Shown here: piece by piece, positions 52,611-64,000 of the stretch
Layout of the letters: every line of letters starts with the position of its first letter
Position numbering within the stretch: position 1 is the stretch's first letter
Source of the DNA: Eledone cirrhosa
Taxonomy: Eukaryota
Reading direction: 5' to 3'
NCBI GenBank assembly: GCA_964016885.1
Contig: OZ024760.1
Location: 21,390,001 to 21,454,000 of the forward strand
Length of the DNA stretch: 64,000 bases
Notes under the pieces: generated by a model
The model's input: the letters and a program-made list of their open reading frames with translations, nothing else
Told to the model about the DNA's origin: nothing
The model's database searches: none
Position numbers and translations under genes: made by a program

Positions 52611-53240
52611 GTAAGTTTGGTTGGTTAGTGATTGGTTTATTGTGATGGTAAGTTTGGTTGGTTGGTGATTGGTTTATTGTGATGGTAAGTTTGGTTGGTT
52701 AGTGATTGGTTTATTGTGATGGTAAGTTTGGTTGGTTAGTGATTGGTTTATTGTGATGGTAAGTTTGGTTGGTTAGTGATTGGTTTATTGTGATGGTAAG
52801 TTTGGTTGGTTGGTGATTGGTTTATTGTGATGGTAAGTTTGGTTGGTTGGTGATTGGTTTATTGTGATGGTAAGTTTGGTTGGTTGGTGATTGGTTTATT
52901 GTGATGGTAAGTTTGGTTGGTTGGTGATTGGTTTATTGTGATGGTAAGTTTGGTTGGTTGGTGATTGGTTTATTGTGATGGTAAGTTTGGTTGGTTGGTG
53001 ATTGGTTTATTGTGATGGTAAGTTTGGTTGGTTAGTGATTGGTTTATTGTGATGGTAAGTTTGGTTGGTTAGTGATTGGTTTATTGTGATGGTCAGTTTG
53101 GTTGGTTAGTGATTGGTTTATTGTGATGGTAAGTTTGGTTGGTTAGTGATTGGTTTATTGTGATGGTAAGTTTGGTTGGTTAGTGATTGGTTTATTGTGA
53201 TGGTAAGTTTGGATAGTTGGTCTATGATGGTAAGTTTGAT
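52611..53240 (+). repeat. 37-bp x16 tandem repeat derived from exon 5 end plus donor
   Basis: gtaagtttggttggtt(a/g)gtgattggtttattgtgatg versus exon end ttggttggtgccctggtttattatgatg|gtaagt. Confidence 0.95.
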
Positions 53241-53872
53241 TGGTTGGTTGGTTTATTATGATGTTAAGTTTGCTTGGTTAGTGATTGATTTATTATGATG
53301 GTATGTTTGGATGGTTTATGTTTTATTGTAATGATATGGTTGGTTTGTTGATGGTTTGTTTGGTTGGTTGGTTTATTATGGTAAGTTTGGTTGGTTAGTG
53401 ATTGGTTTATTATGATGGTATCTTTGGTACATTGTAATGGTATGGTTGGTTGATGGTTGGTATATTGTAATGGTATGGTTGATTGATGCTTGGTATATTG
53501 TAATGGTGTGCTATGGTTGGTTTATTGTGAGGGTATCTTTGGTATATTATAATGGTATGGTTGATTGATGGCTGGTACATTGTAATGGTATGGTTGGTTG
53601 ATGGTTGGTATATTGTAATGGTATGCTATGGTTGATGGTTGGTTTATTGTGTGGTATCTTTGGTATATTGTAATGGTATGGTTGGTTGGTTGGTTGGTTG
53701 ATTTTAATGTGATGGAAAACTATATGCATACGCACAAGTATATCTGTACACACATCACACATATGTATACATACGCTCATATCTATGTGCTCATGCCCAC
53801 AATCACACACACACAAACACAGACACACACATAAGGAACAAAAGCTAAAAGAGCTCTAATATTGTGTTGCAG

Positions 53873-53943
53873 GTCAACATTAAGATGTTAGGATGAACAT
53901 TGTCCTGACAATGGCTGCTATCAGGATGGGAGGTTCACTGACG
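53873..53943 (+). pseudogene. Partial duplicate (pseudo-exon) of GPD2 exon 6 with intact acceptor
   Basis: tgtgttgcag|GT CAA CAT TAA GAT GTT AGG ATG AAC ATT GTC...; GAA changed to TAA. Confidence 0.9.
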
Positions 53944-53984
53944 CACACACACACACACCACACACACAACACACACACATACAA

Positions 53985-54080
<96 letters not shown>

Positions 54081-54148
54081 GTGCGTTCAGAGAAACATAC
54101 AGACACAGACACACTTGAGGAAGTATAAGCTCTAATTTTGTGTTGCAG

Positions 54149-54310
54149 GTCAACACGAAGATGCTAGGATGAACATTGTCTTGGCAATGACTGCTATTAG
54201 GATGGGAGGTTCATTGACCAACCGGGTGGAAGCCAAAGAGTTGGTGAAGGAGAAAGATGAAAATGGTAAAGAGAAGATTTGTGGAGCAGTTGTAAGAGAC
54301 GGTCTTACAG
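54149..54310 (+). CDS. GPD2: GPD2 coding exon 6
   Basis: QHEDARMNIVLAMTAIRMGGSLTNRVEAKELVKEKDENGKEKICGAVVRDGLT. Confidence 0.96.
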
Positions 54311-54988
54311 GTTAGTAACCATGGTGATGTGGCTATTGTTTGGCTACTGGTCAGTCATCGTCATTTAACATCTATTTTCCACACTTGCAACGATTAGACA
54401 GGTTGCTACATTATGAGACAAGTCAGGTCGTCCAGAGACCGTGTCATGCTGATATGGTTGTGTATTTTCGCTTGGTTTCTATGGCTGGATGTCCTTCCTA
54501 ATGGACTAGGTATTTTTTGTTGTGTCACCAGCAAGTCCACCTTACAGGTTGGACTGGGCGCTTTTTGTCATGTTACCAGCACGACTACCTTACAGGGTGG
54601 ACTGGCTGTTTTTTTTTTTTGTATCACTAGCATGTCCACCTAACAGGATGGACTGGGTGCTTTTTGTTGTCACCAAAATGACCACCTAACAGAGTGGACT
54701 GGCCACTTTTTGTCATGTCACCAACACGACCACCTTACAGGTAGACAGTACTTTTACTTGAGTCACCAACATGACCACCTTACATGGTGGACTAGGTGCT
54801 TTCTTGTCATGTCACCAGCACGACCACCTTACATGGTGGACTGGGTACCTTTGTTTTATGGCACCAGATCAGCATACAGGGTGAACTTAGTGCTTTTTAT
54901 CTTGGCAATGAAAACCATTATCATCATCATCATCTATAACTGTATTATACTGCTATATTAATATTCTTGTTTTTTTGTTATTCCCCAG

Positions 54989-55133
54989 GTGAAGAATGGA
55001 CTGTGAAAGCTCGTTGTGTCATCAATGCAACAGGGCCCTACACCGATCATATCAGACATATGTCAAATGCAAAGAACAAAAATATCTGCAAACCCAGTTC
55101 AGGGGTTCATATCATTTTACCTGATTACTATAG
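54989..55133 (+). CDS. GPD2: GPD2 coding exon 7
   Basis: EEWTVKARCVINATGPYTDHIRHMSNAKNKNICKPSSGVHIILPDYY. Confidence 0.97.
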
Positions 55134-55738
55134 GTAAATATTTAGGGGGTTGACTGAACTTTAAGGGTCCCTTCTATTTTATCAGTTACCTTCATTGAGT
55201 CAAAGAAGCAAATAAATTATGGAGTTATGGTTATGTAAGGTATATATAGGCAGTCAGGTGTTGTGTGGTATATATAGACACAGGTGATGTATTGTATATA
55301 TGTTTGTGTGTATATATATATATCAGACAGTCCTATGCGAGCAAGACAACCACTCTTGCCTCAAGTGGGAAAACCCCCGTCCAAACCCATGCAAGCGTGG
55401 AACACGGACGCTAAACCTGATGATGATGATGATATATATATATAGACAGTTGATGTGGTGTTTACATGTATATATTTATATATATATATATATATATATA
55501 TCAATGATATTAATAAATGGAAACTATATTTAATCCTTTAAAGAAGAAATCCTAAAGAATTCCAATACTAATTTTTTGCAATTTTTTGCAAAAAGGAGCT
55601 ATTTATAAGCAAAGGGATATAGTTTCCATTTATTAATATCATTGATATTATACTCCAGAAAACTTGTCGAGTGCTTCGAATCTGTTATAAATATATTTGT
55701 TGAATTACCAACAAATTAAATATCCCTTTGCTTATATG

Positions 55739-55774
<36 letters not shown>

Positions 55775-55776
<2 letters not shown>

Positions 55777-55985
55777 GGAAGAAATGTGGTAAGGAACCAG
55801 GTGGACCATAACGCACCAAAGTACTCAATACTTGGGGTAGTAGAGTGGGTAATAGGAACGAGTAGGACCCCGATGGCTGAGCTCAAGCCATTTCGACGGC
55901 TAATTCTGGACTAAAAAAATTTTTAGTCCAGAATTAGCCGTCGAAACGGCTTGAGCTCAGCCGTCGGGGTCCTACTCGTTCCTAT
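55775..55985. mobile_element. Short fold-back copy of the 24624-27013 PLE family
   Basis: Same terminal sequence; spacer-less palindrome 55851-55985; (TA)n flanks. Confidence 0.8.
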
Positions 55986-57327
55986 ATATATATATATACA
56001 CATGTCAATTACCTTCTTTCGATGTTTATATATATATATATATATATATAAATATATGTACTAATGTCTATGTTTATATTTATAGAGTTGTTAATATGTG
56101 TGTTGTGTACGTTTGGTGTGTGTGTGTGTGTACATCTATATGTATGTAACGGAAAATCGCTCATATAGAATAGCCAGGTTGGTGTGTATGATAACAGAGG
56201 CTAGGAAATCGCCATTTCTCATCCCACCCGCCCGCCCCATGTCTATCACCTTCCAATATGCATGCCTGGCGCTGTACACTAACCACTCGTGCACATAGCA
56301 TGTTAAACCAAGTTCCGCTCAGAGCAGACAGGGGGCAGACAGAGGCTTTGTAAGCTGTGGAGTAGGCAACCAATCTAGGAGAGCTACCACTCCAAATAAA
56401 TTAGTGCGGGATAGAGAAGGCCCTAAGACCAGTAAGATGACTTCCCTAGTGCTTCTGGCACAAATAAAAGCACTGAGTCCATGCTGTAACATGGAGGTAT
56501 TGGTAATAGCATTCAGCTATTAAAAACCATACAAAATTATGGAGTGGAGAAGGCCCCTGAGTCCAGCAAGACAACCTCCCTAGTGCTGGTGGCATGAATA
56601 AAACCACCCAGTCCATGCTGTAAAGTGGAGCTGGTGTTAAGAAAGGCATCCAACCAGTGTATTAATGCCAAAACAAATACGAGCACCAGAAAAAATTTAT
56701 ATAGCAATAACTGTGTTAACAGCAATATCACTAACCATGTTAGGGCTGCGCACTGTAGTGGGGTGGCTAGTGTGGCCATGTGCGAGAACTGTACTTCTCT
56801 GTACTGTTTCAGAAAGGAGGGATAAACATGCCAGTCTATGTTTAGAATCCTGAGCAACGCCGGACCATTCTGCAGACTAAGAAAGAGAGAGAGATCGCCT
56901 AATGCGGGCCTCGGGCATTGAAAATTTGAAATATTCTTTGCTCAAAACACTCACATGGCCATAAGTATTACATGTGTAAAATTTGAAAAAAATCGGTTTG
57001 GTGGTTCTCGAGTTTTAGGGAGACAGGCAGACAGACATTCTCTGTTTTAGATATATATAATATATATATATAAAAACCTGAGAAGAATTGCGTGCTGTGT
57101 GGTTGCACATGGGTTACATATGAAAAAAATAGTCCTTCATCAGTGATTTTCCAACCTTCATTGGTATATATATATATATTTCTGTCTTGAATTTTTTTTT
57201 TTTTTAATTGAGTTTGAATTATTTTCCCATATCTTACGTTAAATATTTTCCATCTTGACGTTATAGTCACTTATATATTATGAAATACTGTTGGCTTCTT
57301 GCTCACATTAATTTCTCTATTTTCATT

Positions 57328-57367
<40 letters not shown>

Positions 57368-57382
57368 TATATATATAATATA

Positions 57383-57414
<32 letters not shown>

Positions 57415-57467
57415 TATAATATAATATATATATATATATATAATATAATATATATTTATAATATAAT

Positions 57468-57866
57468 AGTAATAATAATAAATGTGAAGATTAAAATGCA
57501 AAGAGGGCTCGATAAGGATAAATATATATCAAATATATAAGAACCCTAGAGCAAATATTTATAAAAATAACATATTAAAATTTAAGTAAAGAATCGCTGC
57601 TTTCACCCTTAATGGGATCTTCTGAAACTAAAAAAATCAATCTGTGAACGCAGAAGTAAATATTTCGAAAAACGTTGCAACCGAAGGAAAACAGGAAGAT
57701 GATACGTCCTCACAAACCAAAGTATCGTCTTCCTGTTTTCCATCGGTTGCAACATTTTTCGAAATATTTACTTCTGCATTCACAGATTGATTTTTTAAAA
57801 TTAGTTTCAGAAGATCCCATTAAGGGTGAAAGCAGCGATTCTTTGCTTAAACTTTAATCTGTTATT
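57468..57866. mobile_element. Fold-back copy of the CAGAAGA-hammerhead family (motifs at 57579-57629 minus and 57803-57853 plus)
   Basis: Inverted arms around 57705-57722; adjacent (TA)n. Confidence 0.65.
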
Positions 57867-58631
57867 GTGGAACATATGAAATTGTTGTGGGATTGGGGGA
57901 TGATATTGTGGGACTGGTGATGTTGTTTGACTGTTGATATTGCTATTGAGATTGTTGTGAGACTGATGATGATATTCTGGGGTTGGGGATGCTATTGTGG
58001 GACTAGTAATGTTGTGGGGCTGGTGATGTTGTTATGGGACTGGTGATGTTGTTATGGGACTGGTGATGTTGTTGTGGGACTAGTGATGTGGGGCTGGTGA
58101 TGTTGTTGTGGGACTGTTGATGTTGTTTGGCTGTTGATATTGTTATGGGACAAATAATGTTGTTGTGGGACAGGTGATGTAGTTGTGAGACAAGTGATGT
58201 TGTTGTGGGACTGGTATTGTTGTGGAACAAGTACAATGTTGAGATATGTTTCACTTCTATGTCTCCCCTCTCTCTCTCTCCCCCCTTCTCTCTCTCTTCT
58301 CTTCTTTAATTTTTCACCCTACTATCTGCCATAACTCCTCTTCCTTTCTTTACAATATCTACTCTCTCTTTCTCTCACCCCCCCCCCCTCTCATCACCCT
58401 CTTCTCTGCCATAACTCACCCTTCTCCTCTTACTTTCACTACAATGATTACTCTTTCTCTCTCACTTCTCCCACTCTCTCCCTCTCTCTATCACATTTCC
58501 CTCTCTCATTTCTAACCCTCCTCCTCCTTCTCCTCTCTTTCTATAGTATGTCTCTCCCCTACCCTTCTGTCCACCTCTCCCTCTTTTCAATATAATTCCA
58601 CATCTGTGTCTGTCTTATTTTTATTTTCAAG

Positions 58632-58717
58632 CCCCTCAAACATGGGTTTGCTAGATCCATCTACCAGTGATGGACGAGTAATATTTTTCCTACCTTGGCA
58701 GAATGTCACTCTAGCAG
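58632..58717 (+). CDS. GPD2: GPD2 coding exon 8
   Basis: PSNMGLLDPSTSDGRVIFFLPWQNVTLA; AAG acceptor. Confidence 0.96.
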
Positions 58718-58879
58718 GTACAGTGCTGCCTATTATAATTCCTCTTCCTCTTCCTCTTCCTCACCACCATCATCAACATCATCGTTACCATCATCATCAA
58801 CATCATCACTTTGAACATCATCATTATTCAAAAAGAAAGTTATATCTATGATGCCACGCCATGCTGAACCACCCCAACA

Positions 58880-59780
58880 ACACCACACTATCCCACACAT
58901 TACACTATACCACACTACACTATACCACACTACACTATACCACACTACACTACACTATACCACACCACACCACACTACACTACACTATACCACACTACAC
59001 TATACCACACTACACTATCCCACACATTACACTATACCACACTACACTACACTATACCACACTACACTATACTATACCACACTACACTACACTAAACCAC
59101 ACAACACTACACTATACCACACAACACTATCCCACACAACATTAAACTATACCACACGACACTACACTATACCACACTACACTACACTATACCACACAAC
59201 ACTACACTATACCACACTACACTATACTATACCACACTACACTACACTAAACCACACAACACTACACTATACCACACAACACTATACCACACTACACTAT
59301 ACTATACCACACTACACTACACTATACCACACTACACTACACTATACCACACAACACTACACTATACCACACTACACTATACTATACCACACTACACTAC
59401 ACTATACCACACTACACTACACTATACCACACTACACTACACTATACCACACTACACAACACTATACCACACTACACAACACTATACCACACTACACTAT
59501 ACCACACAACACTACACTATACCACACTACACTACACCACACCACACTACACTACACTATACCACACTACACTACACTATACCACACTACACAACACTAT
59601 ACCACACTACACTATACTATACCACACTACACTACACTATACCACACTACACAACACTATACCACACCATACTACACTATACCACACTACACTACACTAT
59701 ACCACACTACACTACACTATACCACACAACACTACACCACACTACACTACACCACCACAACACTACACTATGCCATACAA
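58880..59780. repeat. (CACTA)n-derived pentamer tract
   Basis: Direct reading. Confidence 0.95.
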
Positions 59781-59909
59781 CACTTCATTACGCTAATAAT
59801 CACAGCTGTTTCCCACTTAATTTCAATGTGTTTGACATGTTTATGTTGTTTTAGGTATAATGTGCTCTGTAGGTACCATATATATGTCCTGTAGGTATCA
59901 CAAATTTAA

Positions 59910-61082
59910 TGTTTCCTACATGTTTGCACTGTCCTGCATGTTTACACTGTGTTCTACACCGCCCTACATATTTATAATATCCTACATGTCCACACTGTCT
60001 CACATGTTTGCACTGCCCTCCATGTTTATGCTCACCTACATGTTTACACTGCCCTTCATGATTATAATACCCTACATGTTCACATTGTCCCATATGTTTG
60101 CACTCTCCTACATGTCAACACTCTTACGCGGCCACACTCTCCTACATGTCCACACTCTCTTACCTATTTATACTCTCCTACATGTCTACACTTTCATACA
60201 TGTCTACACTCTCCTACATGTCTACACTCTCCTACATGTCCACACTCTCTTACGTGACTACACTCTCCTACATGTCCACACTCTCCTACATGTCTACACT
60301 CTCTTACCTATTTACACTCTCATACATGTCCACACTCTCCTACATGTCTACACTCTCCTACATGTCCACACTCTCTTACCTATTTATACTCTCCTACATG
60401 TCCACACTCTCCTACATGTCTACACTCTCCTACATGTCCACACTCTCTTACCTATTTACACTCTCCTACATGTCCACACTCTCCTACATGTCTACACTCT
60501 CATACATGTCCACACTCTCCTACATGTCCACACTCTCTTACCTATTTACACTCTCCTACATGTCCACACTCTCCTACATGTCTACACTCTCATACATGTC
60601 CACACTCTCCTACATGTCCACACTCTCTTACCTATTTATACTCTTCTACATGTCCACACTCTCATACATGTCAACACTCTCCTACATGTCCACACTGTCT
60701 TACCTATTTACACTCTCCTACATGTTCACACTCTCCTACATGTCTACACTCTCCTACATGTCCACACTCTCCTACATGTCCACACTCTCATACATGTCCA
60801 CACTCTCCTACATGTCCACACTCTCTTACCTATTTATACTCTCCTACATGTCTACACTCTCCTACATGTCCACACTCTCCTACCTATTTATACTCTCCTA
60901 CATGTCCACACTATCTTACCTATTTATACTCTCCTACATGTCTACACGCTCCTACATGTTCACTCTCCTACATGTCCACACTCTCTTACCTATTTATACT
61001 CTCCTACATGTCTACACTCTCCTACATGTCCACACTCTCCTACATGTCCACACTCTCCTACATGTCTACACTCTCCTACATG
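59910..61082. repeat. 18-bp minisatellite abutting the exon 9 acceptor
   Basis: tccacactctcctacatg. Confidence 0.95.
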
Positions 61083-61086
61083 ACAG

Positions 61087-61194
61087 GTACCACAGACAAT
61101 GAGTGTGAGGTGTCAGATTTCCCACAACCAACTGAAAAGGAAATCCAGTTTATATTAAGAGAGATTAGGAATTATCTTAATCCTGATGTCAGAG
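61087..61194 (+). CDS. GPD2: GPD2 coding exon 9
   Basis: TTDNECEVSDFPQPTEKEIQFILREIRNYLNPDVR. Confidence 0.96.
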
Positions 61195-61206
61195 GTAGGT
61201 GGAATT

Positions 61207-61271
<65 letters not shown>

Positions 61272-61309
61272 CCTGTCTTTCTTTGTCTGTTTGGCTCTAT
61301 GTATCTATC

Positions 61310-63370
61310 AGTCTGTTTGTCTATCTAACTATCTGAGCTATCTATCTGTCTGTTTGTCTATCTAACTATCTGACCTATCTATCTGTCTGTTTGTCTATCT
61401 AACTATCTGAGCTATCTATCTGTCTGTTTGTCTATCTAACTATCTGACCTATCTATCTGTCTGTTTGTCTATCTAACTATCTGAGCTATCTATCTGTCTG
61501 TTTATCTATCTAACTATCTAACTATCTATCTGTATGTTTGTCTATCTAACTATCTGAGCTATCTATCTGTCTGTTTGTCTATCTAACTATCTGAGCTATC
61601 TATCTGTCTGTTTGTCTATCTAACTATCTGAGCTATCTATCTGTCTGTTTGTCTATCTAACTATCTGACCTATCTATCTGTCTGTTTGTCTATCTAACTA
61701 TCTGACCTATCTATCTGTCTGTTTGTCTATCTAACTATCTGAACTATCTATCTGTCTGTTTATCTATCTAACTATCTAACTATCTATCTGTCTGTTTGTC
61801 TATCTAACTATCTGAGCTATCTATCTGTCTGTTTGTCTATCTAACTATCTGAGCTATCTATCTGTCTGTTTGTCTATCTAACTATCTGACCTATCTATCT
61901 GTCTGTTTGTCTATCTAACTATCTGAGCTATCTATCTGTCTGTTTGTCTATCTAACTATCTGAGCTATCTATCAGTCTGTTTATCTATCTAACTATCTGA
62001 GCTATCTATCTGTCTGTTTGTCTATCTAACTATCTGAGCTATCTATCTGTCTGTTTGTCTATCTAACTATCTGAGCTATCTATCTGTCTGTTTGTCTATC
62101 TAACTATCTGAGCTATCTATCTGTCTGTTTGTCTATCTAACTATCTGAGCTATCTATCTGTCTGTTTGTCTATCTAACTATCTATCTGTCTGTTTGTCTA
62201 TCTAACTATCTATCTGTCTGTTTGTCTATCTAACTATCTGAGCTATCTATCTGTCTGTTTGTCTATCTAACTATCTGAGCTATCTATCTGTCTGTTTATC
62301 TATCTAACTATCTGAGCTATCTATCTGTCTGTTTGTCTATCTAACTATCTGAGCTATCTATCTGTCTGTTTATCTATCTAACTATCTGAGCTATCTATCT
62401 GTCTGTTTATCTATCTGAGCTATCTATCTGTCTGTTTGTCTATCTAACTATCTGAGCTATCTATCTGTCTGTTTGTCTATCTAACTATCTGAGCTATCTA
62501 TCTGTCTGTTTGTCTATCTAACTATCTGAGCTATCTATCTGTCTGTTTATCTATCTAACTATCTGAGCTATCTATCTGTCTGTTTATCTATCTAACTATC
62601 TATCTGTCTGTTTGTCTATCTAACTATCTGAGCTATCTATCTGTCTGTTTGTCTATCTAACTATCTGAGCTATCTATCTGTCTGTTTGTCTATCTAACTA
62701 TCTGAGCTATCTATCTGTCTGTTTATAAGGGAGCACCCCTTCTCTGTGCTCCCGAGGAAAAGGGTTGCACACTTTTTTTCGGGGGTGTGTGCGACCTCCC
62801 AAGGCGCCTCCTCTCTATTGAGGACTTTATTATAAATTTTATTTTTTGTTATATTTTATTTTATTTTTATATATTGTTAATTGCCTCCTCCTTATTGAGG
62901 ACGCCTTGTTTTGTAAACTCCCCCCATTGTACTTGTCCCACTTTTGATGCCCTGGTGGCAAATAAAAGAAACATATCTATCTAACTATCTGAGCTATCTA
63001 TCTGTCTGTTTATTTATCTAACTATCTGAGCTATCTATCTGTCTGTTTGTCTATCTAACTATCTATCTGTCTGTTTGTCTATCTAACTATCTGAGCTATC
63101 TATCTGTCTGTTTATTTATCTAACTATCTGAGCTATCTATCTGTCTGTTTGTCTATCTAACTATCTATCTGTCTGTTTATCTATTTAACTATCTAACTAT
63201 CTATCTGTCTGTTTATCTATCTAACTATCTGACCTATCTATCTGTCTGTTTATCTACCTAACTATCTGAGCTATCTATCTTTCGATTTATTTGTCTATCT
63301 AACTATCTGAGCTATCTATCTGTCTGTTTGTCTATCTAACTATCTGAGCTATTTATCTATTTATCTGAGT
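61310..63370. repeat. 37-bp TATC/TGTC-based minisatellite
   Basis: ctatctaactatctgagctatctatctgtctgtttgt. Confidence 0.95.
62725..62973 (+). mobile_element. Tx1-like LINE 3' UTR inserted in the TATC satellite
   Basis: 3' end resembles 19200-19272. Confidence 0.6.
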
Positions 63371-63435
63371 TAGCTGTCTGTCTGCCTGCCTGAAAAAGGT
63401 CAAATTCCTTTAACTGTTTCTTTGCTGTTTGACAG

Positions 63436-63752
63436 TCCGCCGTGGTGATGTCCTGTCAGCCTGGAGCGGGATCCGTCCTCTTGTCAGAGACCCAAACAAA
63501 TCTGATACACAATCACTGGCTCGGAATCACATCATTGAAGTGTCGGATGATAACCTGATCACAATTGCTGGAGGAAAGTGGACAACATACCGACATATGG
63601 CTGAAGAGACCATTGATAAAGCAATTGCAGTATGTTGCCTGGAACCCGCTGTTCCAACATGTCAGACAAAAGGTCTGTTATTGGATGGAGCTCATGGATG
63701 GTCCCCAACACTGTTTATACGACTGGTGCAGGACTTTGGCTTAGACAATGAA
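63436..63752 (+). CDS. GPD2: GPD2 coding exon 10 (gene continues beyond window)
   Basis: RRGDVLSAWSGIRPLV...ITIAGGKWTTYRHMAEETID...LVQDFGLDNE; GTAAGG donor. Confidence 0.97.
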
Positions 63753-63809
63753 GTAAGGCTTGGTTTTGTTGTTGTTGTTGACAAATCTGTTTATATATAT
63801 ATATATATA

Positions 63810-64000
63810 TGGAGGCACATGGCTTAGTGGTTAGAGCATTGGCCTTGCAATCGAAAAGTTGTGAGTTCAATTCTCAGACCGGGTGATGTGTTGTTTCCTT
63901 GAGCAAGACACTTTATTTCACATTGCTCCAGTTTACTCAGCTGTAGAAATGAGATGATAGGGACTGGGGTCCCTATCGTTCCACTGCAAAGTGGTCGTGG
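63810..64000 (+). mobile_element. SINE family A, 5' part
   Basis: tRNA-like head; truncated by the window edge. Confidence 0.9.

Noticed and set aside
53881-53883. Rescue of the pseudo-exon TAA by A-to-I editing
   Set aside because: The copy is truncated, lacks its own donor and runs into (CA)n, so there is no evidence a useful protein would result.
56060-57055. Helitron-like non-autonomous elements
   Set aside because: Only suggestive terminal motifs; boundaries could not be fixed by eye.
58848-61102. HYTTL and MSTLSY repeat ORFs
   Set aside because: Intronic minisatellites of GPD2 that happen to lack stops.
63810-63885. tRNA gene
   Set aside because: It is the tRNA-derived head of SINE family A.

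Overview
AT-rich, microsatellite-dense animal genomic DNA, most likely an octopus or other coleoid cephalopod (inferred from the repeat landscape). The right third holds ten + strand coding exons (42338-63752) of mitochondrial FAD-dependent glycerol-3-phosphate dehydrogenase (GPD2). All are GT-AG with consistent phases, and the gene runs on past the window end. Two probable terminal exons of an unidentified upstream gene lie at 918-948 and 1904-1954. The rest is repeats: two tRNA-derived SINE families, RTE, Tx1/L1, CRE and R4/Dong LINE fragments, a mariner relic, piggyBac-like MITEs and many minisatellites. Two patterns stand out. (1) Several families of Penelope-like fold-back insertions sit in (TA)n tracts and carry type I hammerhead ribozyme folds with non-canonical cores (U3-A8; A4) or greatly enlarged stem II. 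(2) GPD2 introns contain 'splice-site echoes': minisatellites and duplications built from the adjacent exon end plus its donor or acceptor, giving arrays of decoy splice sites. Most ORF-track entries are translations of simple repeats. All calls were made by eye; no searches were run.
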